Shown here one piece after another: positions 8,154 to 16,927 of a DNA stretch of 42,540 nt. Location of the stretch: positions 1-42,540 of the IMG/VR virus record IMGVR_UViG_3300031576_000125. One strand, given 5' to 3'. The notes beneath the pieces were generated by a model that saw only the letters and a program-made list of their open reading frames with translations, ran no database searches and was not told the DNA's origin. Position numbers and translations under genes: made by a program. The DNA comes from a virus. Lineage: Duplodnaviria > Caudoviricetes. Positions within the stretch are counted from its first letter, which is position 1; every line of letters starts with the position of its first letter.

Positions 8154-8194
8154 ACCTAACATCTAGCTTAAAGAAAAAATAGTAATTTAATTTC

Positions 8195-8223
8195 TTGACA
8201 AGGATGGGGTTATGTGGGATACT
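8195..8223 (+). promoter_or_regulatory. sigma-70 promoter of the replication operon
   Basis: TTGACA-N17-GATACT with TGn. Confidence 0.6.
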
Positions 8224-8967
8224 AACTTAGTAATGAAAAATAGATTGAGCCCTATGAAATTTAGTTCTGAATACGTTATTGAAGGTAAAAAGCTTGCTCG
8301 TATCACTAAAATATGTGATTTTATTGATTTAAAAGGGGGTTTACCTATTTGGGCGGCAGGATTAGGATTTACGGCGGCTTTAAATGGGGAGGATTCAGGA
8401 TATCAAGCTTATCAAGATGTGCTAGATTCTACTTCTAATTTTGGTTCTAGTGTGCACCATGTGATATCGGACTCTATAAAAAAGCGTCAGTTAGAGTTAG
8501 TGGGAATTCCAGAAAGAATTCGCCCTACTATTGATCAATATGCTAAATTTTTAATGGAGCATAAGTTTGAACCTAAACTTAGTGAAGAAATTGTTTATTC
8601 TTTAGAATTAGGGGTAGCTGGAACGGTAGATTTAGTTGCTGAAATTGATGGAGTTTTAACTTTATTAGATTTTAAAACAAGTTCTGATTTTAGATTATCT
8701 AGTTTAGTTCAATTGGCTGGATATGATTTATTGTTACGAAAAAGTGAAAATGGAAAAAAATTTGAAGTTAGTCAATATGCTATTCTAAGATTACCTAGAG
8801 ATGGATCTAATTTTGAATATTTACTCTTGACAAATCAATTAGAACTAGCTATCCTAAGAGAAGCTTTTATAGAGTGCTTAGCTCTGTATAAAAGACAAGA
8901 ATCTATAAAAGAGATTCTTAAACAAGCTAAGAAAAGAATACGTTACCGGGAGGTAATTAAAAAATGA
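8212..8967 (+). CDS. PD-(D/E)XK exonuclease (phage recombination nuclease)
   Basis: GSSVH, AGTVDL, LDFKTS, QLAGY motifs; true start may be 8233 or 8254 because 8212 lies inside the promoter. Confidence 0.85.
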   Translation: MWDTNLVMKNRLSPMKFSSEYVIEGKKLARITKICDFIDLKGGLPIWAAGLGFTAALNGEDSGYQAYQDVLDSTSNFGSSVHHVISDSIKKRQLELVGIPERIRPTIDQYAKFLMEHKFEPKLSEEIVYSLELGVAGTVDLVAEIDGVLTLLDFKTSSDFRLSSLVQLAGYDLLLRKSENGKKFEVSQYAILRLPRDGSNFEYLLLTNQLELAILREAFIECLALYKRQESIKEILKQAKKRIRYREVIKK

Positions 8968-9266
8968 GTACAGAAGGGAAATTAGAAGTTAAAAATAAAG
9001 CAGCTAGTGGGTGGATTACAAAAACAAATGCTAAAGGAGAACAACTTATTTCTTCTTATACAAATAAGCCACTAACAAAAGTTAGAATTGTGCTTAATGA
9101 GGCATTTCCAGCAGGGACTATTCTTGAAGGATTTTATGATTCAGGCAAAGAGAAAGCAAAAGAAACATTGCCTGACATGCGATTTAGAGTAGCTGTACCT
9201 AAAACTTCTTCGACTGCTACGCAGGGCGGCAGTACGCCGGGGAGTTCAGATACGGTTCCTTTTTAA
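8964..9266 (+). CDS. probable single-stranded DNA-binding protein
   Basis: Follows the exonuclease; flexible Gly/Ser/Thr tail ending DTVPF, like SSB C-termini. Confidence 0.55.
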   Translation: MSTEGKLEVKNKAASGWITKTNAKGEQLISSYTNKPLTKVRIVLNEAFPAGTILEGFYDSGKEKAKETLPDMRFRVAVPKTSSTATQGGSTPGSSDTVPF

Positions 9267-9268
9267 TT

Positions 9269-9329
9269 TCTTGAATTCGGTAGAAACGAATCAAGATCTA
9301 TGAGGGGGTAAGTTTAGGCTTATCCCCTT
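9269..9329 (+). terminator. tandem hairpins after the SSB-like gene
   Basis: TCTTGAATTCG/CGAATCAAGA and GAGGGGGTAAG/CTTATCCCCTT stems; no strong U tract. Confidence 0.4.
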
Positions 9330-9339
9330 GGGGGCTAAT

Positions 9340-9594
9340 ATGAGTTTAAGTTTAGGGGCTAAAATTATAAAGTTTGCTCTGGATGTAAAGGGGATGAGTG
9401 AAGATTGTTTACCTTTAGAACCTACGGAGTTTACCTTAAAACTTAAAAATCCAGCTTTTGAAAAGTTGCGAAATGAACTTGAATCCCAGGGTTCTTTAGG
9501 TTCATGTGTAAAGGATGAAAAAGGATTGAGGTCTATTAGTTTATACGGAATAACTTTCCAAGCTTCTTCAGTTTTAAAAGAGGATAAAGAGTGA
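9340..9594 (+). CDS. hypothetical protein
   Basis: ATG at 9340 behind GGGGG; GTGA overlap with the next gene. Confidence 0.7.
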   Translation: MSLSLGAKIIKFALDVKGMSEDCLPLEPTEFTLKLKNPAFEKLRNELESQGSLGSCVKDEKGLRSISLYGITFQASSVLKEDKE

Positions 9595-9932
9595 ATTCAA
9601 AAGATTTAGTTAAGTTTTTTCATTCTAGGTGGAAGGAAAAATATAAATTAAATTACCCCCGCGCAGTTAATATTAAGCATTGTTCTATGATGCATCAACT
9701 TAAAGAATTAAAGTATGATGATGCGGACATATTAAAAATGATAACAGTTTATTTACTAGACTTCGATAAAGATGATTTTATAGCTGCGTCCGGGCACACA
9801 ATAGAAAATTTTAGATTTAGTATTCCAAAAATTATAGCAAAAATCAATCAAGAGCTTAAAATACCTAGATTAAAGTACCATCCCGATTTAATTAAAGTAG
9901 AAAAGGCACGTAAAGATGAAATGCCTAAATGA
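9591..9932 (+). CDS. hypothetical protein, possible replication initiator/helicase loader
   Basis: GAGG RBS; position directly before the helicase; function inferred from position only. Confidence 0.55.
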   Translation: MNSKDLVKFFHSRWKEKYKLNYPRAVNIKHCSMMHQLKELKYDDADILKMITVYLLDFDKDDFIAASGHTIENFRFSIPKIIAKINQELKIPRLKYHPDLIKVEKARKDEMPK

Positions 9933-10749
9933 CGATATCGAAGGATTTTTAGAATTTCGGAAAAGCCGATTAATAGGACAACAGACTGGCATCAAAGGAT
10001 TAGACAACGGACTCCTAGGCATTACTGGCATTACCGGAATACAGGGGCATCCTGGGTCATGTAAGTCCACGCTGGCCCTCCAAATAGCCGCGTACAATGC
10101 AGCCAAGGGTTCCCCTGTCTTTTTTTATGATCGGGAAAACGGATTTAAACGTTTACAGGCTAGACTCTATTGTCACTTAACTAAAACTTCTTGGACAGAC
10201 ATGCTTGTTAGCCCCACAGAAGAAATTATGCAAGGACTGAGTGAGCATAAGGAAGTTCTTAAACTGTTTTATAGCGAAGTGAAGCCTATCGATAGAGCTA
10301 CTATAAGGCAGAATATAGAAAATCTTAAAGCAAGGCACGGAGTATTGCCAATTTTTGTGGTAGACTCTATTCAAGCCGCGGCTAGGGCTACCATGATGTT
10401 AGCTGGAGCCCAGGATGAGAAAGCTGCCTTAGAGATGTGGTTAGAATTCCTAGACCAGCTTAAATTAGACTATCAGAATAAATTATTAATTGTAATTACT
10501 TCTGAAAAAACTAAAGATAAGTTTTCGGGATCCAGCTTGTCTGCAGGAAAAGGAACTGCTTCAATAGCATACAAGTCAGAAATTTTATTAGATTTAGATT
10601 ATAATGAGAAGAGTAATTCTTTGAATATCACGTGTGTTAAAGCTAGGGATGGTATAACTAATTTTTCTGTTTCAGTATTTAAACATTTAACTTCCCCCGA
10701 TAATGAAGCTAGTTTTTGTTTTAATTTAGTTGAGGGGGGGTTCGGATAA
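9916..10749 (+). CDS. DnaB-like (RecA-fold) replicative helicase, ATPase domain only
   Basis: TGIKGLD, Walker A GHPGSCKS, Walker B VVDSIQ, VKARDG arginine-finger motif. Confidence 0.85.
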   Translation: MKCLNDDIEGFLEFRKSRLIGQQTGIKGLDNGLLGITGITGIQGHPGSCKSTLALQIAAYNAAKGSPVFFYDRENGFKRLQARLYCHLTKTSWTDMLVSPTEEIMQGLSEHKEVLKLFYSEVKPIDRATIRQNIENLKARHGVLPIFVVDSIQAAARATMMLAGAQDEKAALEMWLEFLDQLKLDYQNKLLIVITSEKTKDKFSGSSLSAGKGTASIAYKSEILLDLDYNEKSNSLNITCVKARDGITNFSVSVFKHLTSPDNEASFCFNLVEGGFG

Positions 10750-10859
10750 TGAATAAAAATTGGGGGGTCAATGCTGTCATATGTGGATGTTTAATATGTA
10801 TATATGTGGGGGTAATGGCAGCGGTTAGTTTATTTACAGTTTATTTTTTAGGCATTTAA
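10749..10859 (+). CDS. small membrane protein (36 aa; not in the track)
   Basis: TAATG coupling; MNKNWGVNAVICGCLICIYVGVMAAVSLFTVYFLGI. Confidence 0.55.
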   Translation: MNKNWGVNAVICGCLICIYVGVMAAVSLFTVYFLGI

Positions 10860-10860
10860 A

Positions 10861-10983
10861 ATGAAAATTAAAGAATTTTTAATGATAATAACAACGTATC
10901 TTGTATGTATTACAGGAATGATAATATCTATTAAATTAATGATATTTACTGCAGAGTATTTAATTACAAGATTTGGACTGTAA
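10861..10983 (+). CDS. small membrane protein (40 aa; not in the track)
   Basis: 1-nt gap from the previous stop; MKIKEFLMIITTYLVCITGMIISIKLMIFTAEYLITRFGL. Confidence 0.55.
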   Translation: MKIKEFLMIITTYLVCITGMIISIKLMIFTAEYLITRFGL

Positions 10984-11115
10984 ATGACTAAAAGTATTTG
11001 TGAGTGGATATACACAGGAGTATTTTCTATACTTTTGTTTACATTTCTCTTCATTATTTTACCCACCTTTTTAGTGTATATATTAAGTTTTTTTCAGTTT
11101 AAATCTATGTTTTAA
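10984..11115 (+). CDS. small membrane protein (43 aa; not in the track)
   Basis: Abuts the previous stop; MTKSICEWIYTGVFSILLFTFLFIILPTFLVYILSFFQFKSMF. Confidence 0.55.
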   Translation: MTKSICEWIYTGVFSILLFTFLFIILPTFLVYILSFFQFKSMF

Positions 11116-11117
11116 TT

Positions 11118-11354
11118 ATGAGTCCTATTTACGAATTCTTTTGTGGCGCTTGTAAAAAGAATTACGAGGAAACTTTGTCATATTCAGAATTAATTAAATA
11201 TAAGGGGAAAATATCTTATGATTTTTATGATTGGAAGAAGTTTCTTAAATTTAAAAAATGTCCTAATTGTGGTTTAACAGGTAAACTAACAAAAGAAATA
11301 AGTAAATTTGGTTTTAGCTTAAAGGGTAAAGGTTGGTTCAACAATGAAAAATAA
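11118..11354 (+). CDS. FmdB-family zinc-ribbon protein
   Basis: PIYEFFCGAC...CPNCG...FSLKGKGW. Confidence 0.8.
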   Translation: MSPIYEFFCGACKKNYEETLSYSELIKYKGKISYDFYDWKKFLKFKKCPNCGLTGKLTKEISKFGFSLKGKGWFNNEK

Positions 11355-11769
11355 ACTTCCCTATAAATTAAAGTATAAAGGAAAATTTTTATGTTGGATT
11401 CTGGGTTTATTTTTCCCTGCATCTAAGCGAATGGACAATATATACATGGCTTTTGGGAAAATAGTTTTTGTGCCTGCAGGAGTTTTACGAGTACCTCAAG
11501 ATATGCTTGTACATGAGTTAACACATTTGCATCAACAAAATTTTAATTATTTTAAAGCTATTCTTTGGTGGATTAGATATGTATTTTCAAAACGTTTTAG
11601 GTACGCGCAGGAATTAGAAGCATACCATACACAATTTCATTTTTTATGTAAATTTGTACGAGATCGAAATAAAAGGGTAGAGATTAAAAAAACTTTTGCA
11701 AGCATTTTATCTGGGCCTCTCTATAACAATGCATCTAGTTTTTGGCAGGCATACAATGATTTAGGATAA
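11344..11769 (+). CDS. zincin-like metallopeptidase (HExxH)
   Basis: LVHELTHLHQQ plus downstream ELEAY third-ligand motif. Confidence 0.75.
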   Translation: MKNKLPYKLKYKGKFLCWILGLFFPASKRMDNIYMAFGKIVFVPAGVLRVPQDMLVHELTHLHQQNFNYFKAILWWIRYVFSKRFRYAQELEAYHTQFHFLCKFVRDRNKRVEIKKTFASILSGPLYNNASSFWQAYNDLG

Positions 11770-11773
11770 AATT

Positions 11774-12637
11774 ATGAAAAAAACTGATTGTGAAGAGGAA
11801 AGCGAAAATTTTTTACAATGGGCATCTTCAGGAAAATGGTTTTACCCTACTCATAAAACTATACCTGAATTGAAAGCAGGTTGTTACGAGGTAGATTTTA
11901 ATAATGGATCTTTGTTATTTAAGCAATTAAAATTAGAAACAGACAATCTAATTAAATTTGAAAATTCGATATCTAATCTGGTAGTAAAAGAAATAAACAG
12001 ATTTTGGGGCCTTTCTAAAAAGTTTAAGGCTTATGGGTTTATACATAAAAGAGGTTTTCTTTTGCATGGGGCTCAAGGAAGTGGCAAAACTTGTATATTA
12101 GCACTAATATCTGAGGAACTAATTAAGAGGTATAATGGAATAATTTTAATAGCGGATGCCCCCAAAATACTTTCAATGGCATTAGAACAATTTAGAGATA
12201 TAGAATTAAATAGGCCTATAGTTGTTATGTTAGAAGATATAGATAAAATTTTAGATTTTAATGAGGAAGACTTATTGGAGTTATTGGATGGCAGAATTCA
12301 GGTAGGGAAAGTTGTTTATGTTGCCACGACTAATTACCCTAGCAAAATAAATCCTAGGATAATAAATAGGCCTTCAAGGTTTGATCGAGTTATTAAAATT
12401 GAATATCCCGGGGCTAAAGAAAGAACTTTATATCTAAAAACTAAAATTCCAAAATTAAGTTCTGCTGATATTAAGAAGTTTATTAAGCATACTGATGGCT
12501 TTTCTTTTGCTCATTTAAAAGAACTAGTTGTATCAGTTAAATGTTTAGATTTAAGTATCGAGGAGACAATAGCTCGGTTAAAGAATATGAAAAATAGTAT
12601 TAAAGATTCAAATAGTAGCTCTAAAATAGGTATATGA
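11774..12637 (+). CDS. classical-clade AAA+ ATPase
   Basis: GAQGSGKT, LEDID, ATTN, NRPSRFDR (second region of homology). Confidence 0.92.
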   Translation: MKKTDCEEESENFLQWASSGKWFYPTHKTIPELKAGCYEVDFNNGSLLFKQLKLETDNLIKFENSISNLVVKEINRFWGLSKKFKAYGFIHKRGFLLHGAQGSGKTCILALISEELIKRYNGIILIADAPKILSMALEQFRDIELNRPIVVMLEDIDKILDFNEEDLLELLDGRIQVGKVVYVATTNYPSKINPRIINRPSRFDRVIKIEYPGAKERTLYLKTKIPKLSSADIKKFIKHTDGFSFAHLKELVVSVKCLDLSIEETIARLKNMKNSIKDSNSSSKIGI

Positions 12638-14688
12638 ATAAATTTATAGTTATTGATGTTGAAACTACTGGGGTTAATCCTCAAACAGCTAGTATGCATG
12701 GTTTAGGAATAGCTTGGGAAGAAGATTCGACTGACTATTATACTTTAAAGGAAATATACGGCTCAAATATTGAAAAAGTTTTAGCAGATGAAACTGTTGG
12801 TAAAATTGGGCATAATATAAGATTTGATATTAAATTTTTATTAAAAGCTGGATTAAAGGTTAATGGGCCTTTAGGCGATACTATGCTTATAGCTAAAGAA
12901 TTAGATGTAGACCAACCTGTTGGGCTAGAGTTGCTTGCAGCTAAATATTTAGGACCTTGGGCGATTGAACATAAAATTGAAATTCAAAAATATTGTAGTA
13001 AGTACCAGTGTAAGCATATAGGAGAAATATGTAAGGATGATTTAATTCACCCTAATATGCATGCTCATATTATAGCTAAATATTGCAAAGCGGATTGCAA
13101 TATTACGTTTAAATTATGGGAAGTTTTAAAAAAGAAATTTGTAGAACTTGATTCTAAAATTAAGAATGCTCTACCTAGTGTAGTTAAAGGTCCTATTGAA
13201 TACTATACTGAAGAAGTGATACCCCTAGAAAAAGTGTTATTGAAGCTGGAATTATCTGGGATTAAAATAGATTTAGAGGTGTTTAAACGTTATTCAGCAG
13301 AACTGTCTAAAGAACAAGGCGAACTTATATTTAAACTCCGTAGAGACTGCTTAGAGCATATAACTAAAATGGAGGATGAATTATATAGAATAGCTTTAAG
13401 TAAGAGAGTGAGTGAAAAGGGTAAAGCTAAAGTTAAGAAGAGCAGTGATTCTTATAAAACTAAATTTAATTGGCAGTCTTCTGCGCATATAGGGGAACTC
13501 CTTTATGAGCACTTAGGATTGCAGCATTTTTCAACGGATAAAACTAAAACGGGTAAATGGAATACAGCAGAAAAGCATTTATCTAATATCCGTAATTTAG
13601 TTCCAGCAAAAACTAAATTAGGCGAAATACTTAACTTATATGCTCAGTATAAAAAGGTATTAAAAAAGATAACTACTTATGTAAGCACTTCTTCTGGGTA
13701 CTACCCAAAATCAGATGGAAAAATCTATCCGCGCTACTTACAGGGTGGATTTGGTAAAGATGATTCTCAGGGAGGGACCGCTACAGGAAGATTAAGTTCT
13801 TCTCAACCAAATTTACAAAATTTACCTCGGCAAGGTTTAGTAAAATCAATGTTTATTCCTTCTGATAAAGATAATGTTTTTGTTGTATTAGACTATTCTC
13901 AGTTAGAGCTACGTATTGCAGCTCATCTGTCAAATGACGATAAATTAATAGAGTCCTTTAATAAAGGAATAGACTTACATGCTCAAACTACCCAACAAAT
14001 TTTAAATATAGTTGATTTAACCCCAGAACAAAGGGCTATAGGAAAGACTTTAAATTTCGCCCTTATATATGGGGCTTCTGCATGGAAGCTTTATAAAGAG
14101 TTCTTTGAAAAGCTAAATTATAATATAGATGAGGTCTCTAATTTTAGAGAATCCTTCTTTAAATTATACCCAGGATATGAGAAATATTTAAGGTTACAAC
14201 TACAGTTTATGCTTAAATATCTATCAGTTATATCGTATTATGGCAGACTTCGCAGATTGCCAGACCTGCGTTACTATTCAGGTCTCAATAAAAAATCTAA
14301 GAAATATTTTCTCCCTATTGACCCAGTACAACGTAAAATACAGTTAGAGGATTTAGCCCCTGAAACAGTTATATTACCCGATAACCTAGAGAATACTTTT
14401 GAGCATAGGCTATATTGGGCCGCTTATAAAAGGGCTCGCCATGCTGAAAATGTGGGTTATAATCATCCTATTCAATCATTTGGAGCGAGTTTAACAAAAC
14501 GTAGTATGCTCGCTATTCATAAAAAGTGCTATAAAATTGTAACGCAAGTCCATGATTCTATTGTAGTAGAGATTTCTAGAAAAGACTTGACAAAAGTACA
14601 AGATCTTGTTAATATAATGGAAAGTGTTGAAAAGTTAAAAGTTCCTTTAAAAGTAGATGTAAAGATCCGGGAGAGTTTAGGTGAGTGA
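12634..14688 (+). CDS. polA: family A DNA polymerase with 3'-5' exonuclease
   Basis: IDVETTG, GHNIRFD, YCKAD, TGRLSS..PNLQN, DYSQLELR, KTLNFALIYG, QVHDSI. Confidence 0.96.
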   Translation: MNKFIVIDVETTGVNPQTASMHGLGIAWEEDSTDYYTLKEIYGSNIEKVLADETVGKIGHNIRFDIKFLLKAGLKVNGPLGDTMLIAKELDVDQPVGLELLAAKYLGPWAIEHKIEIQKYCSKYQCKHIGEICKDDLIHPNMHAHIIAKYCKADCNITFKLWEVLKKKFVELDSKIKNALPSVVKGPIEYYTEEVIPLEKVLLKLELSGIKIDLEVFKRYSAELSKEQGELIFKLRRDCLEHITKMEDELYRIALSKRVSEKGKAKVKKSSDSYKTKFNWQSSAHIGELLYEHLGLQHFSTDKTKTGKWNTAEKHLSNIRNLVPAKTKLGEILNLYAQYKKVLKKITTYVSTSSGYYPKSDGKIYPRYLQGGFGKDDSQGGTATGRLSSSQPNLQNLPRQGLVKSMFIPSDKDNVFVVLDYSQLELRIAAHLSNDDKLIESFNKGIDLHAQTTQQILNIVDLTPEQRAIGKTLNFALIYGASAWKLYKEFFEKLNYNIDEVSNFRESFFKLYPGYEKYLRLQLQFMLKYLSVISYYGRLRRLPDLRYYSGLNKKSKKYFLPIDPVQRKIQLEDLAPETVILPDNLENTFEHRLYWAAYKRARHAENVGYNHPIQSFGASLTKRSMLAIHKKCYKIVTQVHDSIVVEISRKDLTKVQDLVNIMESVEKLKVPLKVDVKIRESLGE

Positions 14689-15052
14689 TGATAGGACAGT
14701 TAAGAATTTGAAATTTTTGTTAAAAGCTATGCAAACTGAGTTAACTAAAATTATATTAGTTAGCCCTGATAAATCAATGACTTTTCATTATCATTTTAGG
14801 TTAGAAGAAGGGGATAAAAATATATCTTTAGAAAAAACTAAAACATATATATCTAAATTAATTACATTAATTGAGCCTTTAGATGAGACACAGCCAGTTG
14901 ATTGTGATATGCTAATTGAATTTTCTGACCAAAAACTAATGGAGCGAGTTAGATCCCTGGTAGACCCGATTGAAAAAGAAACTAACCAATTTTTAGGTAG
15001 TGTTATAAGTACAAAAACAGAGCTAATGTCTAAGGATGGGGAGGTTGGGTGA
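14681..15052 (+). CDS. hypothetical protein
   Basis: GTG start overlapping the polA end. Confidence 0.7.
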   Translation: MSDDRTVKNLKFLLKAMQTELTKIILVSPDKSMTFHYHFRLEEGDKNISLEKTKTYISKLITLIEPLDETQPVDCDMLIEFSDQKLMERVRSLVDPIEKETNQFLGSVISTKTELMSKDGEVG

Positions 15053-15405
15053 TAAATGGACGTACTAAGGGTCATTCTTTTGAAAGGGAGGTGGCTTGTT
15101 TATTACGTAAATTATATCCCACTGCTCGTCGTGGGCTACAGTATCAGGACGGCAATGTTTGTGCTGACGTTGTTAATACTCCTTTTCATGTTGAGTGCAA
15201 GCGCGGCAGACGAGTTCAGATACAAAAAGCCATGCAACAAGCAGAAAGAGATATGAAGAAAGGGGACGTACCGGTTGTTATTAGTAAACAAGATAGGGAT
15301 TCTATATTAGTTACTATGAGATATGAAGATTGGATTGAACTAGTTAGAGATCATCCTATAGTTTGTAATGTAGATTCTAGCTTAAAAAGTGTAGATTTAG
15401 AGTGA
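15049..15405 (+). CDS. Holliday junction resolvase-like PD-(D/E)XK endonuclease
   Basis: KGHSFEREV...ADV...HVECK pattern. Confidence 0.8.
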   Translation: MINGRTKGHSFEREVACLLRKLYPTARRGLQYQDGNVCADVVNTPFHVECKRGRRVQIQKAMQQAERDMKKGDVPVVISKQDRDSILVTMRYEDWIELVRDHPIVCNVDSSLKSVDLE

Positions 15406-15593
15406 AGATCAAAGTAAAACATATTGATACAAAGTTAATAGGGTATATTATATATATATTTAGCCCGCGAGTTGTCCACTTAGATAATCGTTTTAAGATT
15501 ACAGATGTAAATGTATTAGTACAATGGGCTAAAAATAATAAATTTACAGTTGAATCTATGGATAACTTAATAGCCCAAAAAGGATTATTGTGA
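15402..15593 (+). CDS. hypothetical protein
   Basis: GTGA overlaps on both sides. Confidence 0.6.
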   Translation: MKIKVKHIDTKLIGYIIYIFSPRVVHLDNRFKITDVNVLVQWAKNNKFTVESMDNLIAQKGLL

Positions 15594-16303
15594 AAAAAGA
15601 TTCTAAAATATTATTTTGGGATATAGAGACAACTAATTTATCTGCTAATTTTGGATTTATTGTATGCGTAGGGTTTAAAAGATTAGGTGAAGCAACCAAG
15701 GTAGTAAGTATAGCTGATTATCCTAAATCTTTTGCTAAAAAGCATTACAATGACTTTTTTGTAGTACAGGAAGCTAAAAAGATCATAGAAGCTTCCGAAG
15801 TTATATGCACACATTACGGATCTAGGTTTGATTTGCCGTTTCTAAATGCCAGGCTAATTAAACATGGATTAACCCCTGTGCCCCCCGATATTCCGCATAT
15901 CGATACATGGAGAATCTCGAGGTATAAACTTCAATTAAATTCTAATAGATTAGCTACAATTGCTGAGTATTTTAATTTAGGAACTAAATCTCCCGTCACT
16001 AGCGATGCTTGGTTAGGAGCTATGTCAGGAGATCAAAAGAGCATAGATTATGTTGTAAAGCATTGTAAGTTAGACGTGGATATTTTAGAAAGAGTTTATA
16101 TGAAATTGCGCCCTCTTATTACTAATCATCCTAACTTAGGGCTGAATAAGAATTTATTAGACGCATGTCCTAACTGTGGTAAAGGAGGGTTTCTCCAAAA
16201 GCATGGGTTTCATGTGACGCACAAGGGCAGATACCAAAGATATCACTGTATGAATTGTGGAGCAACGCATAAAAAGGGGAAAGCTATATTGAGGGCTTTA
16301 TAA
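15590..16303 (+). CDS. DnaQ/RNase H-like (YprB-type) exonuclease with C-terminal Zn ribbon
   Basis: WDIETT, HYGSRFD, HIDT, HCKLDV, CPNCG...CMNCG. Confidence 0.85.
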   Translation: MKKDSKILFWDIETTNLSANFGFIVCVGFKRLGEATKVVSIADYPKSFAKKHYNDFFVVQEAKKIIEASEVICTHYGSRFDLPFLNARLIKHGLTPVPPDIPHIDTWRISRYKLQLNSNRLATIAEYFNLGTKSPVTSDAWLGAMSGDQKSIDYVVKHCKLDVDILERVYMKLRPLITNHPNLGLNKNLLDACPNCGKGGFLQKHGFHVTHKGRYQRYHCMNCGATHKKGKAILRAL

Positions 16304-16695
16304 TGAAAATAAGTATTGAACAAGTTAATAACGGGTTTTTAGTAACTGAACATGATTCAGAAATGCCCGAATCTTATGTAGTTGAATTTAATAACTCGGA
16401 TTCAAAGGAGTTTAATTCATCTCTTGATTTAATGCGACTTATTTATGAACTTTATCATACGCATGATAAGCATGCCACTGACAATAAAAATATATACTTT
16501 GTTTTAGGACCGGGGTATAAAAATGGGGGAGTAGAGGTTGCTTGTTTAAGAGAATTGATCAGTATTTATAAGGATGTTTTATCCTATATGGGCCCAAAAG
16601 ATGTGGTATTTCAACAATACCAAGAAAGATTGGATATTTTAAAAGGATGGCTTAAAGAGGAAGAATCCGAAGATGCTGTACAAAAAACTGATTAG
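16303..16695 (+). CDS. hypothetical protein
   Basis: TAATG coupling. Confidence 0.7.
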   Translation: MKISIEQVNNGFLVTEHDSEMPESYVVEFNNSDSKEFNSSLDLMRLIYELYHTHDKHATDNKNIYFVLGPGYKNGGVEVACLRELISIYKDVLSYMGPKDVVFQQYQERLDILKGWLKEEESEDAVQKTD

Positions 16696-16927
16696 TATAC
16701 TTATTTTATTAATTTTAAGTTCTTGTAAAACTTTACCAACTAATGTTTTGGATTTACAGAGAGAGTTAATTAGTGCAGGAAAAGCTAATAAACAGCTTAG
16801 AGAATGGTTAACTGAATGTAACTCTGAATTGAAAGATTGTATTGAATCTTGTGAAGATATTATTGGAGCAAAAGCATTACGACTTAAAAGTAGAAATAAA
16901 CATCTGTCAATAGGAGATAGGAGATGA
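16673..16927 (+). CDS. lipoprotein (possible o-spanin or exclusion protein)
   Basis: MLYKK plus hydrophobic stretch and LSSC lipobox; coiled-coil body with further Cys. Confidence 0.65.
   Translation: MLYKKLISILILLILSSCKTLPTNVLDLQRELISAGKANKQLREWLTECNSELKDCIESCEDIIGAKALRLKSRNKHLSIGDRR

Noticed and set aside
8212-8967. Cas4/CRISPR association
   Set aside because: No four-Cys Fe-S pattern, no other cas genes and no repeat-spacer array seen anywhere in the window
1993-12637. AAA ATPase + S8 protease as an IetAS-type toxin-antitoxin/defence pair
   Set aside because: The genes are about 9 kb apart in different operons, and the S8 is small and apparently exported
5222-14688. Known DNA modification pathways (Z-genome, 7-deazaguanine, hypermodified thymidine)
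   Set aside because: No PurZ, Que/DpdA, dUMP hydroxymethylase or 5hmU kinase motifs were found
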